Shown piece by piece: positions 1-8,321 of a DNA stretch of 64,000 nt (its first letter is position 1; each line of letters starts with the position of its first letter). The notes beneath the pieces were generated by a model. It had not been told where the DNA came from, searched no databases, and saw only the letters and a program-made list of their open reading frames with translations. Location: contig JABDBN010000001.1 in NCBI GenBank assembly GCA_013288625.1, forward strand, positions 18,432 through 82,431, in the 5' to 3' direction. The stretch comes from Alphaproteobacteria bacterium. GTDB taxonomy: Bacteria; Pseudomonadota; Alphaproteobacteria; Rickettsiales; Midichloriaceae. A program made the position numbers and the translations under genes.

Positions 1-330
1 AACTCTGATAATTTCATCCCATTCTTCTTCCGACATGCGGATGAGCAGATTATCCCTGGTAATACCTGCATTACAAACCACTATATCGATTTGGGTGGTC
101 AGCTCTTCAGCTTTTTTAAATAGCTCAATGACAGAGGCGCTTTCAGCCAAATTAGCCGGCACTGCATGGACACGCTCCTTAAGTTCGGCAGTAAATTCAC
201 TGAGAACATTCTCACGGGTTCCTGAAATCACAACTGTAGCACCAGCAGCATGTAGCTTACGGGCAATCGCATGACCAATACCACCAGTAGCACCTGTAAC
301 AAGCGCATTTTTCCCTGCAAGACTAAACAT
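1..330 (-). CDS. fabG: 3-oxoacyl-ACP reductase / classical short-chain dehydrogenase, N-terminal 110 codons (gene continues beyond the left window edge)
   Basis: Reverse translation from ATG 330-328 reads MFSLAGKNALVTGATGGIGHAIARKLHAAGATVVISGTRE...VVCNAGITRDNLLIRMSEEEWDEII. It has the TGxxxGIG Rossmann motif and the NAG motif of FabG-type SDRs. Confidence 0.75.
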   Translation of the reverse strand, partial: MFSLAGKNALVTGATGGIGHAIARKLHAAGATVVISGTRENVLSEFTAELKERVHAVPANLAESASVIELFKKAEELTTQIDIVVCNAGITRDNLLIRMSEEEWDEIIRV

Positions 331-393
331 TCACTACCTCTAAAATTTGTTTAGGTATAATATAGATACACAAAATCTGAATGCAACATAATC

Positions 394-1107
394 ATGCGCA
401 GTTCAATTAAAAAACTGCTGAATGCCTTCTTTCCACCGCAGTGTCTTATATGCAGTGAAAAAGTAAGCGCGATCGATAGCCTTTGCGCCCAGTGCTGGCA
501 TCAAATAACTTTTATCAGCAAGCCCTACTGTGAGATTTGCTGCGTCCCATTTCCCACCAACATGAAAGAGAAGATTTGCGCATTCTGTCAGGAAGATAAA
601 CCGATATACGATATGGTGCGATCGGTGGTGCGCTTTGATGACTTTTCCGCACGCATTGTCCATGCGCTCAAATATAACGACCATACCGAACTCGCACCGG
701 CTCTCGCTCGGCTGATGGTTAATGCTAGCGACGAAGTGATCAATAACACCGATTATATTGTTCCAGTCCCACTGCATCCCAAAAGGTTGCGGCAACGCAA
801 ATTTAACCAGGCACAGCTATTGGCAAAATTTATCTCTCGGGCAACAGGCATAAAAACAATTCCCGATCTTCTTATCCGCACCAAGGATATTCCAAGTCAA
901 AGCGGCTTAAACCGCAGACAGAGGATTGCCAATGTTTGCGATGCCTTCAGCATTGATCAGCGCAATGCTCATCTGATAAGGGGAAGTAGAATCATTATAG
1001 TAGATGATGTGATTACAACAGGTGCCACACTTAGTGAGTGCAGTAAGTGCCTGCTTCAAGCCGGCAGCAGTAAGGTCTATGGCCTAAGCTTTGCCAGAAC
1101 CTATTAG
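394..1107 (+). CDS. comF: ComF family protein (amidophosphoribosyltransferase-like)
   Basis: N-terminal paired CxxC motifs (CLIC..CAQC, CEIC..CAFC) and the C-terminal PRTase signature IIIVDDVITTGATL. Confidence 0.8.
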   Translation: MRSSIKKLLNAFFPPQCLICSEKVSAIDSLCAQCWHQITFISKPYCEICCVPFPTNMKEKICAFCQEDKPIYDMVRSVVRFDDFSARIVHALKYNDHTELAPALARLMVNASDEVINNTDYIVPVPLHPKRLRQRKFNQAQLLAKFISRATGIKTIPDLLIRTKDIPSQSGLNRRQRIANVCDAFSIDQRNAHLIRGSRIIIVDDVITTGATLSECSKCLLQAGSSKVYGLSFARTY

Positions 1108-1170
1108 CTTTTAAAATTGCTCATACCGGCTTGTCATGCTAATATCAAGTTGAAATCTAATGAGACACTG

Positions 1171-1815
1171 ATGCTTGCTGAATATTTTGCCTCTATAGTA
1201 AGCCTTGTTATTATCCAGATTCTTGGGCTTATAAGCCCAGGCCCCAATGTTGCAATCACCGTACGGAACAGCCTGCTCTACTCGCGCAAAACAGCGTTGA
1301 TAACTGCGCTAGGCATAACCTTTGGCGATATGATTCAAGTCGCGATCGTTGTCTTTGGCTTGGGATTCATAATACTGGAGACAGAGTGGCTTTATGGATT
1401 CATACGGTATGGCGGGGCTTTCTATTTAATCTACTTAGGGATTTGTAGTCTCAGAGCCAGAAATAAATTCAAACTCAATATAGGCACCCTGAAGCCGGTA
1501 GAGGACATCTCTGCAATGAAGGCTCTGCGTTCAGGGTTTCTAATCAATATGTTCAACCCTACTGTCATGGTTTACTTCTTAGGTATTTTTACTGCTTTTT
1601 TAACACCCAACGCCCCAAATGAACTGCTATTGCTTTACATCCTGATTATCAGCGGCTCTACACTGGCCTGGTATAGCGGCCTGGCTTACTGCCTTTCTCA
1701 TGAAGGTTTTCGTCAGCGCTTCAGTATTTCCAGCCACTGGGTAGAATATATTGGCGGCGCCATTTTTATTATTTTGGGCGCAAGAATCTTATTAGAAGCT
1801 TATGGCATTATATAA
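1171..1815 (+). CDS. LysE/RhtB family amino-acid exporter (paralog 1)
   Basis: Polytopic membrane protein with the N-terminal ISPGPN motif and NPxxxxFF-like motif typical of the LysE family. The ORF opens at 1117, but the ATG at 1171 gives the canonical length. Confidence 0.75.
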   Translation: MLAEYFASIVSLVIIQILGLISPGPNVAITVRNSLLYSRKTALITALGITFGDMIQVAIVVFGLGFIILETEWLYGFIRYGGAFYLIYLGICSLRARNKFKLNIGTLKPVEDISAMKALRSGFLINMFNPTVMVYFLGIFTAFLTPNAPNELLLLYILIISGSTLAWYSGLAYCLSHEGFRQRFSISSHWVEYIGGAIFIILGARILLEAYGII

Positions 1816-2247
1816 TGATTACAAACATCTATAAGCTATACTTTGCTGCTCGCGTGAATTACCCATGTATTCAATTATAAGTTCAGATATATCGACTTTT
1901 GCCTTGTCAGGAAAGATAATGGTCAATGCAGTATGCAGTGGGTCTGTTTCATAATCTGCAATAATCGAAGGTGTCGCACAATCCTTGTAAGAGCTAAAAA
2001 TTGGCACTTTAAGCCATAACAATGATGCTTTATTATTCGCACAAGAGCGGTGTGATTTAAACTTAGAGGAGCAAAGAGATGAACTGTGGACACAGTCTTC
2101 CAGTCTGATGTTTCATTGTACGTATAAAATTGTATACTATGCAACAACAATTTTGTTAAATTTTATCTGCCGGCTTTCACTTTTGGTTATGCAAGAACAC
2201 TTGCGGTTTAATGTAATTTATACATACTATTCCTCATCGGCAACTAT

Positions 2248-2901
2248 GTGAACCAACTAATGAGCTTTGAGTTTTCTGAATATTTAACTTCCATAATCGA
2301 GCTTAGCATTTTACAAACCCTGGCGGTCATAAGCCCGGGGCCTGATTTTGCCATCACAGTGCGCAACAGCCTGATCTATTCGCGTCAAACTGCTATGATT
2401 ACCGCATTAGGGGTTTCCTTTGGCATCTTAGTCCATGTCACTTATATAACACTGGGACTAGGAGTACTGCTTTCGCAGACCGCCTGGGTTCTACAGTTTT
2501 TAAAATATGCCGGAGCAGCATATCTCATGTATCTAGGCTACAAAGGACTTAGCGCCAAAAGAAGCGCGCTAAACCTTGGGCGCACCGAACATAAAAATGA
2601 TATCTCTGGGCTAAAAGCTTTTAGCACCGGCTTTCTCACCAACGCACTGAATCCTAAGGCCATGCTTTTCTTTTTAAGCGTCTTTACTGTGATCTTATCC
2701 CCGGACACTCCAGCGCCCATAATGCTTATTTACGCTGGCATTATTTTTGGTACCACGCTCGTCTGGTTTTCATTTGTAGCTTTCTGCTTTTCCGGGGCTA
2801 AACTGCGTGAGTACTTTGGCTCTATCAAACACTGGATTGAGCGCACAACCGGCGGGTTTCTCATGCTGATCGGCATAAAAATGCTTTTCATCACGCAGTA
2901 A
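2248..2901 (+). CDS. LysE/RhtB family amino-acid exporter (paralog 2)
   Basis: Same architecture as paralog 1 (ISPGPDFAITVRNSLIYSRQTA vs ISPGPNVAITVRNSLLYSRKTA; NPKAMLFFLSVF). GTG start at 2248; alternative ATG at 2260. Confidence 0.75.
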   Translation: MNQLMSFEFSEYLTSIIELSILQTLAVISPGPDFAITVRNSLIYSRQTAMITALGVSFGILVHVTYITLGLGVLLSQTAWVLQFLKYAGAAYLMYLGYKGLSAKRSALNLGRTEHKNDISGLKAFSTGFLTNALNPKAMLFFLSVFTVILSPDTPAPIMLIYAGIIFGTTLVWFSFVAFCFSGAKLREYFGSIKHWIERTTGGFLMLIGIKMLFITQ

Positions 2902-2998
2902 TATGGCGGCTTAACATAAATTTAACAAAAAAACTGAGGGAGGTTTTTATTTTTTTTATTATTATGCAACTATAAAACTTTATTATGGTAAAAATATT

Positions 2999-3352
2999 AT
3001 GCGTAACGGTACAACTAACGGTACAAATGAGGTCTTTGAAACCCTCATAAGACAGCAATCTGAACGCCAAGGAGAGCTTGCTGCTCAACGTGCCGATTAT
3101 CAGGAACCAACCGAGAGGGAAGCAAACCCAAATGGACTTGGCTTGACAAGACAGAGGTCTATGGTTACCACTGGCATTATGGCTCCGACTTTTATGGTTA
3201 AATCGCCTCACTCATCCACTACCACTGCTTCTACAACTCCTGCTCCTGCTTCCGCTTCAGTAGCATTTTCACCAGAAGCTGCAAGCCAAGTTACACAGGC
3301 TGCGAAGAAAAATCGCTGCCAGGAAGTTATGCAAATGTGCGTCCTTCTATAA
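2999..3352 (+). CDS. Hypothetical small S/T/A/P-rich protein ending in a CaaX box (CVLL)
   Basis: 117-aa ORF with no TM segment and low-complexity STTTASTTPAPASAS. The C-terminus is KKNRCQEVMQMCVLL*. A hairpin lies downstream. There is no clear SD and an antisense ORF overlaps, so coding status is uncertain. Confidence 0.3.
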   Translation: MRNGTTNGTNEVFETLIRQQSERQGELAAQRADYQEPTEREANPNGLGLTRQRSMVTTGIMAPTFMVKSPHSSTTTASTTPAPASASVAFSPEAASQVTQAAKKNRCQEVMQMCVLL

Positions 3353-3376
3353 TACCAGTTTCAAAACGAGATCATT

Positions 3377-3407
3377 AAAGCCCCTCAGTAACCATTCTGC
3401 GGGGCTT
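3377..3407 (+). terminator. Candidate intrinsic terminator hairpin
   Basis: aaagcccc-N16-ggggctt followed by ctctttgcc. The stem is GC-rich but the T-tract is weak. Confidence 0.3.
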
Positions 3408-3506
3408 CTCTTTGCCAGTACCTCAGTATAATTATTTTTTTGCGGCTATTAATAAAATATTAACTATTTCGCGCTATCCTAATAATGAAGGTGGCGAGAG
3501 GAGCTT

Positions 3507-3896
3507 ATGAATAAACGAATGACAACTTCGACTCTAAAGGATTTAATACTGCATCTTAAGGCGCAGTTTAAAGAGCAGATGAAAGGCAAGAATATCGATC
3601 TACCGCAAATCGAAGTCCATGCCCAGGTTCTCCACATAAATCATAAAACCAAACAAACCGAAGAAATCAGGATTCCCGACACATTTTTGAATCACAACCT
3701 GCCCATACCCGACAATAGCGTTTTGCAAATATATGTGCTTTTCCCGAAGGAAATTGATGACCGCCACATGAAAACTGCTATCGCTGGCGTTACCGGGAAC
3801 AAACTCCAGGACAAGGACTTCAGAATCGAAAATGACAAGATTGTTTTTAACAATCTTAAACTACTGGATATGTTTAATTCAGAATTGGAGCATTGA
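3507..3896 (+). CDS. Hypothetical protein (129 aa)
   Basis: Purine-rich GAGAGGAG lies immediately upstream of the ATG. No motif I recognise. Confidence 0.45.
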   Translation: MNKRMTTSTLKDLILHLKAQFKEQMKGKNIDLPQIEVHAQVLHINHKTKQTEEIRIPDTFLNHNLPIPDNSVLQIYVLFPKEIDDRHMKTAIAGVTGNKLQDKDFRIENDKIVFNNLKLLDMFNSELEH

Positions 3897-4073
3897 CAAA
3901 GAGCTCTGTTTTACGCATAAATATAACTTCTCAGTTAAATAATTTATTTAATAATTTTAAGCACCTAAAAGTTGGGCTAAATTTTTCAATTACCGCATCA
4001 TTTGCTTCTTTTTGCAGTGCAATAAAATTTTTCCTTGCTTTTTTTTAAATTGACTTAATATCATCAAGTAGAT

Positions 4074-4095
4074 ATACGGATTATTTAATCCGTAT
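4074..4095 (+). promoter_or_regulatory. Perfect 9-bp/4-nt-loop palindrome in the transporter 5' leader (operator or UTR hairpin)
   Basis: atacggatt-attt-aatccgtat lies 17 nt upstream of the ATG at 4113. It overlaps a possible -10 (tatacg, 4073-4078) spaced 17 nt from TTGACT (4050-4055). Confidence 0.3.
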
Positions 4096-4112
4096 TTCAA
4101 TCGGAGGGATTA

Positions 4113-5369
4113 ATGCTAAGATTTTGGTTTGATTTAAAACTCTGGCAGAAAGTAATTATTGGCATGATACTGGGTATCCTGGTAGGCCACTACTTTGGTT
4201 CTGAAGCCACAGTCCTCAAACCTTTTGGCATACTTTTTATCAACATGATAAAAATGGTAGTGATACCGCTTATCTTCTTCTCCATACTTAATGGTGTCAC
4301 AAGCATTTCCGACGCCAGCACCTTTGGGCGCATTGGACTTAAAGCCATGCTTACCTATACATTCACCACTATATTTGCCGTTATTATCGGCCTCACCTTT
4401 GCTAATATATTTAAACCGGGCGTAGGCGTAAATATTGAATTACAGCCTGCTGTCGATGCTGGAGCTAACATTAAAACCCTTGGAGAGATCCTTTTAGATA
4501 CCATTCCCACCAACCCTATCGGTGCGATGGCAAGTGGGCACACACTGCAGGTAGTAGTTTTTGCTTTTTTCACCGGGTTCGCGCTGATCCTGATAGGGGA
4601 TAAAGGCCAACAGATGAAGGATTTTATTGTATCAGCTACCCATCTCGTCTTTAAGATGATCGAGCTTGTAATCAAGCTCACCCCTTATGGCGTGTTTGCT
4701 ATAATGGCTTGGGTTGTTGGCCAATATGGGCTTGATGTTATCTTCTCGCTGGGTAGCTTTGTCATGGTGGTCATTGGGGCTCTCGCCTTGCAATATGCGC
4801 TTTTTGGCATCATGCTCCTCGGCTTTGCCGGACTGAACCCCTTCCCTTTTTATAAGAAAATGGTAGAAACGCAGGCGTTGGCTTTTGCCACCGTGAGCAG
4901 TAAAGCCACTTTACCCACTGCTATGCGGGAACTACGACAAAAGCTTGGGGTTTCAAAACAATCCTCCTCGTTCATTCTCCCCCTAGGAGCGTCTATGAAT
5001 ATGGATGGAGTTGCGATTTATTTGGGAATATGCTCTGTGTTTTTTGCACAGATTATGGGTATTGAACTTTCTATCACCCAGTATTTAACTATTATTCTCA
5101 CTTCTACTATTGGCTCGATCGGGGCAGCAGGTTTTCCTGGCGGCTCCATGGTTATGATGGGCATGGTATTATCCTCCGTAGGCTTACCTCTGGAAGGCAT
5201 TACTCTGATACTGGGAGTCGACAGGCTATTAGAAATGCTGCGCACGGTAATCAATATCACCGGCGATTGCGCAGTTACCGTCATAGTTGATAGCTGGGAG
5301 AAAACCCTTAACCGCCAGGTATACAATTCTAAAGAGGAAGAAGAAGACGAAGAGTTGACTGATTATTGA
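4113..5369 (+). CDS. Dicarboxylate/amino acid:cation symporter (DAACS/SLC1 family, GltP/DctA-like)
   Basis: 418 aa and polytopic. Conserved SSKATLP, GASMNMDG and INITGD-type motifs of the DAACS family. Confidence 0.85.
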   Translation: MLRFWFDLKLWQKVIIGMILGILVGHYFGSEATVLKPFGILFINMIKMVVIPLIFFSILNGVTSISDASTFGRIGLKAMLTYTFTTIFAVIIGLTFANIFKPGVGVNIELQPAVDAGANIKTLGEILLDTIPTNPIGAMASGHTLQVVVFAFFTGFALILIGDKGQQMKDFIVSATHLVFKMIELVIKLTPYGVFAIMAWVVGQYGLDVIFSLGSFVMVVIGALALQYALFGIMLLGFAGLNPFPFYKKMVETQALAFATVSSKATLPTAMRELRQKLGVSKQSSSFILPLGASMNMDGVAIYLGICSVFFAQIMGIELSITQYLTIILTSTIGSIGAAGFPGGSMVMMGMVLSSVGLPLEGITLILGVDRLLEMLRTVINITGDCAVTVIVDSWEKTLNRQVYNSKEEEEDEELTDY

Positions 5370-6599
5370 TCAACATACCTTAAGCAGTTCTTTCCACTTG
5401 GTTAAATATCGCGGCGAACATAAGTTCGAGCGCACCCGCCAGCCCCGCTCAATTCCCTGGCTTGCAAAGAAGAGGGTGTTAGACCCAAGCTTTTCGTTTA
5501 CCTGATCAATCGTGTGCATAAGATTAACCCTCTCTTCATTAGCCTTAGCAAAAAGATGTCCCTGCATATTCTGTGCCGAGACCAACTCCAGCAACATAAT
5601 ACCGGTCTTACGATATTTAACTCCGGGCTTAAATACTTGCTTAAGGCAAAGCTTTGCCGCCGCCATGATAGCGGTCGTATCGCTAGTAGGCATGGCGAAG
5701 CTTGTACTGGTGCCATTACTATATTCTGCCCCAGCCCTTACATAGACGTAGATCCCGCAGGCACAGCTGCCCTGGCTGCGCATACTTTTTGCTGCGCGTG
5801 CCACATGGTTGCAAACCGCCTCCTCAAGCTCTTCCAGCTTAAATACTGCCCGACCAAAGGAGCGTGAGGAAATAATATTTTTCCGGGGCTGAAATGCCGT
5901 GTGGAAATCAAAGCATTTGATCCCCTGGAGCTCGAGCACTATACGCTCACCAATAACACCAAAATGTTTACGGATATATTTGATATCACAATCACGCAGT
6001 TGCCGGGCACTACCTATGCCTAATAAGCGAAGTTTAGGCGCCCATCGCCTGCCAACCCCCCAAATATCCTCGATAACAAAACTCTCCAGAACCTTATCCT
6101 GAACCATCTGGCTGCTTAAATCAAAAACTCCGGCTTGGCTATGTTTTTTAGCCATATGATTGGCTATTTTAGCCAGGGTTTTTGTAGGAGCTATACCAAC
6201 AGATACGGGGATACCTGTCCACATCTTAACTTTTTCACGAATAAGCCTACCCTGCTCAGCAAAGTCTTCAACCTGGCTAAAATCCAGAAATGCTTCATCA
6301 ACCGAATAGACTTCGACATCATGTTTAAGCATGCGCAAAGAGGTAAAAACCCTACGTGATATCTCTCCGTAAAGCTGAAAATTAGAAGAAAACAGAACAA
6401 CTCCGTGGCTTTTGCAGAAATCCCGGTATTCAAACAGGGGAGCCCCCATCGGTATACCTAAGGCTTTGGCTTCATTTGAGCGCGCAATAATGCAACCATC
6501 ATTACCTGATAACACTACCACAGGCCGGCCTTCCAGGCTGGGGTCAAAGACGCGTTCACAGGAAACAAAAAAGTTATTGCAATCTACTAAAGCAAACAT
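5370..6599 (-). CDS. umuC: Y-family translesion DNA polymerase V catalytic subunit UmuC
   Basis: [18 protein letters not shown]...[23 protein letters not shown] aligns without gaps to the E. coli UmuC N-terminus. The catalytic D6 and the SVDEAF (D101/E102) motif are present. Confidence 0.9.
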   Translation of the reverse strand: MFALVDCNNFFVSCERVFDPSLEGRPVVVLSGNDGCIIARSNEAKALGIPMGAPLFEYRDFCKSHGVVLFSSNFQLYGEISRRVFTSLRMLKHDVEVYSVDEAFLDFSQVEDFAEQGRLIREKVKMWTGIPVSVGIAPTKTLAKIANHMAKKHSQAGVFDLSSQMVQDKVLESFVIEDIWGVGRRWAPKLRLLGIGSARQLRDCDIKYIRKHFGVIGERIVLELQGIKCFDFHTAFQPRKNIISSRSFGRAVFKLEELEEAVCNHVARAAKSMRSQGSCACGIYVYVRAGAEYSNGTSTSFAMPTSDTTAIMAAAKLCLKQVFKPGVKYRKTGIMLLELVSAQNMQGHLFAKANEERVNLMHTIDQVNEKLGSNTLFFASQGIERGWRVRSNLCSPRYLTKWKELLKVC

Positions 6600-6602
6600 A
6601 GC

Positions 6603-7004
6603 TTACTCCGGCCGGTGAATCACTGCAGTCACCACACCCCATATACATGTATCAAGACCGCAATCCAGTTTAATCACCGGATAGGCCTTATTTTCAGGCT
6701 GTAAGTAGCTGGCGGCCGGCGCTGAGCGGACACAGATGCGCCTGACTATAAATTTGCCATTTACCACAGCAATAACGATTTTGTTATTGCTGGCTCCAAT
6801 GCTGCGGTCAACAATGAGAATATCATTATCATGAATACCAGCATTCACCATGGCATCCCCTGCAGCCCTAACAAAAAAAGTCGCAGCCGGATGCTTCACC
6901 AGGTATTCATTAAGATCAAGCTTGCATTCGATCTGATCTCCTGCGGGCGATGGGAAACCTGCCTGCACCCTCGATTCATAAACCAATAACTTATTACTTC
7001 CCAT
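6603..7004 (-). CDS. umuD: UmuD-like S24 peptidase-fold protein with substituted catalytic dyad
   Basis: Ungapped alignment to E. coli UmuD residues 18-99 (VQAGFPSPAGD..HPAATFFVRAAGDAMVNAGI..ILIVD..IVIAVVNGKFIVRRI). The start is chosen at the MGSNK ATG (7004); the ORF opens at 7049. It lies 3 nt upstream of umuC. Confidence 0.85.
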   Translation of the reverse strand: MGSNKLLVYESRVQAGFPSPAGDQIECKLDLNEYLVKHPAATFFVRAAGDAMVNAGIHDNDILIVDRSIGASNNKIVIAVVNGKFIVRRICVRSAPAASYLQPENKAYPVIKLDCGLDTCIWGVVTAVIHRPE

Positions 7005-7175
7005 ATTCCTGCCCTTTATCACTCTCTTGGAATAGTGTACACAAATCAAATTAAATGAAAAGAAAAATAGATAATGAATAGAAAAAGGGGCAGAGAAAGT
7101 AACAGCCTTTACTACAACAAAGGAAATTTCTTTCCTGTACGCAAACTTAAGTTTATTCTATAATAATACTAACTT

Positions 7176-7652
7176 ATGAGTGAATATATGTCAGACCTTA
7201 AAGAAGGAATGAGAGCTCCTGATTTTTTCTTACCCACCAATATGGGTAATGAAATTGCGCTTCCCGACTTTTTAGGAAAAAAATTGGTTTTATATTTCTA
7301 CCCTAAAGATGACACCCCGGGCTGCGCTATAGAGGCACAAGATTTTACACGCCATATGGAAAAGTTTAGAGCCGCTAATTGTGAGATTGTAGGCATTTCG
7401 CGAGATGACCTGGAAAGCCATGGGAAATTTGCCGACAAGTATTGCCTGCCTTTTGCATTAGCATCCGACCTCGATGGCAAAGCGTGTAAAAGCTATGGAG
7501 TATGGGTGGAGAAATCGTCATTTGGAACAAAATCTATGGGTATAGAACGAAGTACTTTCCTAATAGACGAAAGAGGTGACCTAAGAAAAATCTGGCGTGC
7601 AGTTAAAGTCGATGGGCATGTTGAAGATATTTTGCGGTCAATCCAATATTAG
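7176..7652 (+). CDS. bcp: Thioredoxin-dependent peroxiredoxin Bcp
   Basis: The FYPKDDTPGCAIEA peroxidatic-Cys motif and a 158-aa length are typical of Bcp/PrxQ. Confidence 0.85.
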   Translation: MSEYMSDLKEGMRAPDFFLPTNMGNEIALPDFLGKKLVLYFYPKDDTPGCAIEAQDFTRHMEKFRAANCEIVGISRDDLESHGKFADKYCLPFALASDLDGKACKSYGVWVEKSSFGTKSMGIERSTFLIDERGDLRKIWRAVKVDGHVEDILRSIQY

Positions 7653-7666
7653 CAGCGGTATAAATA

Positions 7667-8083
7667 ATGAAATCATTTACTATATATCTTAAAGAAAGCA
7701 CTAATCCAATAAATGACGCAGTTTACCTTTCGGAAAATTTTTCTTATAAAGCGTTATTTTTCAACCTGTTCTGGCTGATATATCATCGCCTCTGGATGCC
7801 AGCTATAGCCTTCTCGCTTATGGCAATCGGCATAATAGAGCTAACCCAGGCATATATCATTAGTGCTACGGTTTCCTTTGCTCTTTTCGTTTTCATAGGA
7901 CTATATATCGGCTTTAATGCTAAAGACTATTTGCGTGCGCGATTGGAACGTGAGGGGTATACCCTTGTAGATATACTAGTAGCAAAATCAGTGGATGAAG
8001 CTGAATTCAAGTTTATCAGCCGCTTCATGTCGTATCAAACCAAACTGGAAAAAGAAAAAGCTGATACCCCTGTTAAGCAATAG
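7667..8083 (+). CDS. DUF2628-like small membrane protein
   Basis: 138 aa with two central TM helices and an N-terminal 'MK.FT.YL' segment. This resembles alphaproteobacterial DUF2628 proteins; the family assignment is from memory. Confidence 0.45.
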   Translation: MKSFTIYLKESTNPINDAVYLSENFSYKALFFNLFWLIYHRLWMPAIAFSLMAIGIIELTQAYIISATVSFALFVFIGLYIGFNAKDYLRARLEREGYTLVDILVAKSVDEAEFKFISRFMSYQTKLEKEKADTPVKQ

Positions 8084-8104
8084 TCAGAGTACCAAGGCTC
8101 TTTT

Positions 8105-8310
8105 TTAATTGATACTAGGAGCCCACAGCCGAGCCACCCTACGCCTTCGGCTTCGTGTGGCTTACGCCAGTTTATACGCTCACTATAGGAATTTATTTTA
8201 CTAAAGCCAGTCTAACCGAAGCCGACTAGGTGTAGTAGTGTCGCCCCGTAGCCTTGGCGAAGGGGGACTGGAGAAAAGTTCTCATGACGCGCGACGAAGT
8301 AGCAATAAAT
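8105..8310. repeat. Degenerate inverted copies of a GC-rich intergenic repeat (CGTAGCC / GGCGTAG-type motifs)
   Basis: ccctacgccttcggcttcg (about 8128) and ccgaagccgactaggtgtag (about 8216) are inverted relative to each other. Both resemble ccgtagccgattaggcgtaggcggg in the 93-bp repeat at 23375-23589. The element sits between two convergent genes. Confidence 0.55.
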
Positions 8311-8321
8311 ACGGGACTTGG

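Noticed and set aside
1819-2150. Two overlapping reverse-strand ORFs between the LysE paralogs
   Set aside because: They have no SD, mutually exclusive frames and no recognisable motif in an AT-rich spacer. They could be remnants, but I cannot support a gene.
7005-7175. SOS (LexA) box upstream of umuD
   Set aside because: Only a short palindrome GTGTACAC (about 7036-7043) is present. There is no alpha-type GTTC-N7-GTTC/GAAC-N7-GAAC direct repeat and no gamma-type CTGT-N8-ACAG. This is insufficient to call an operator.
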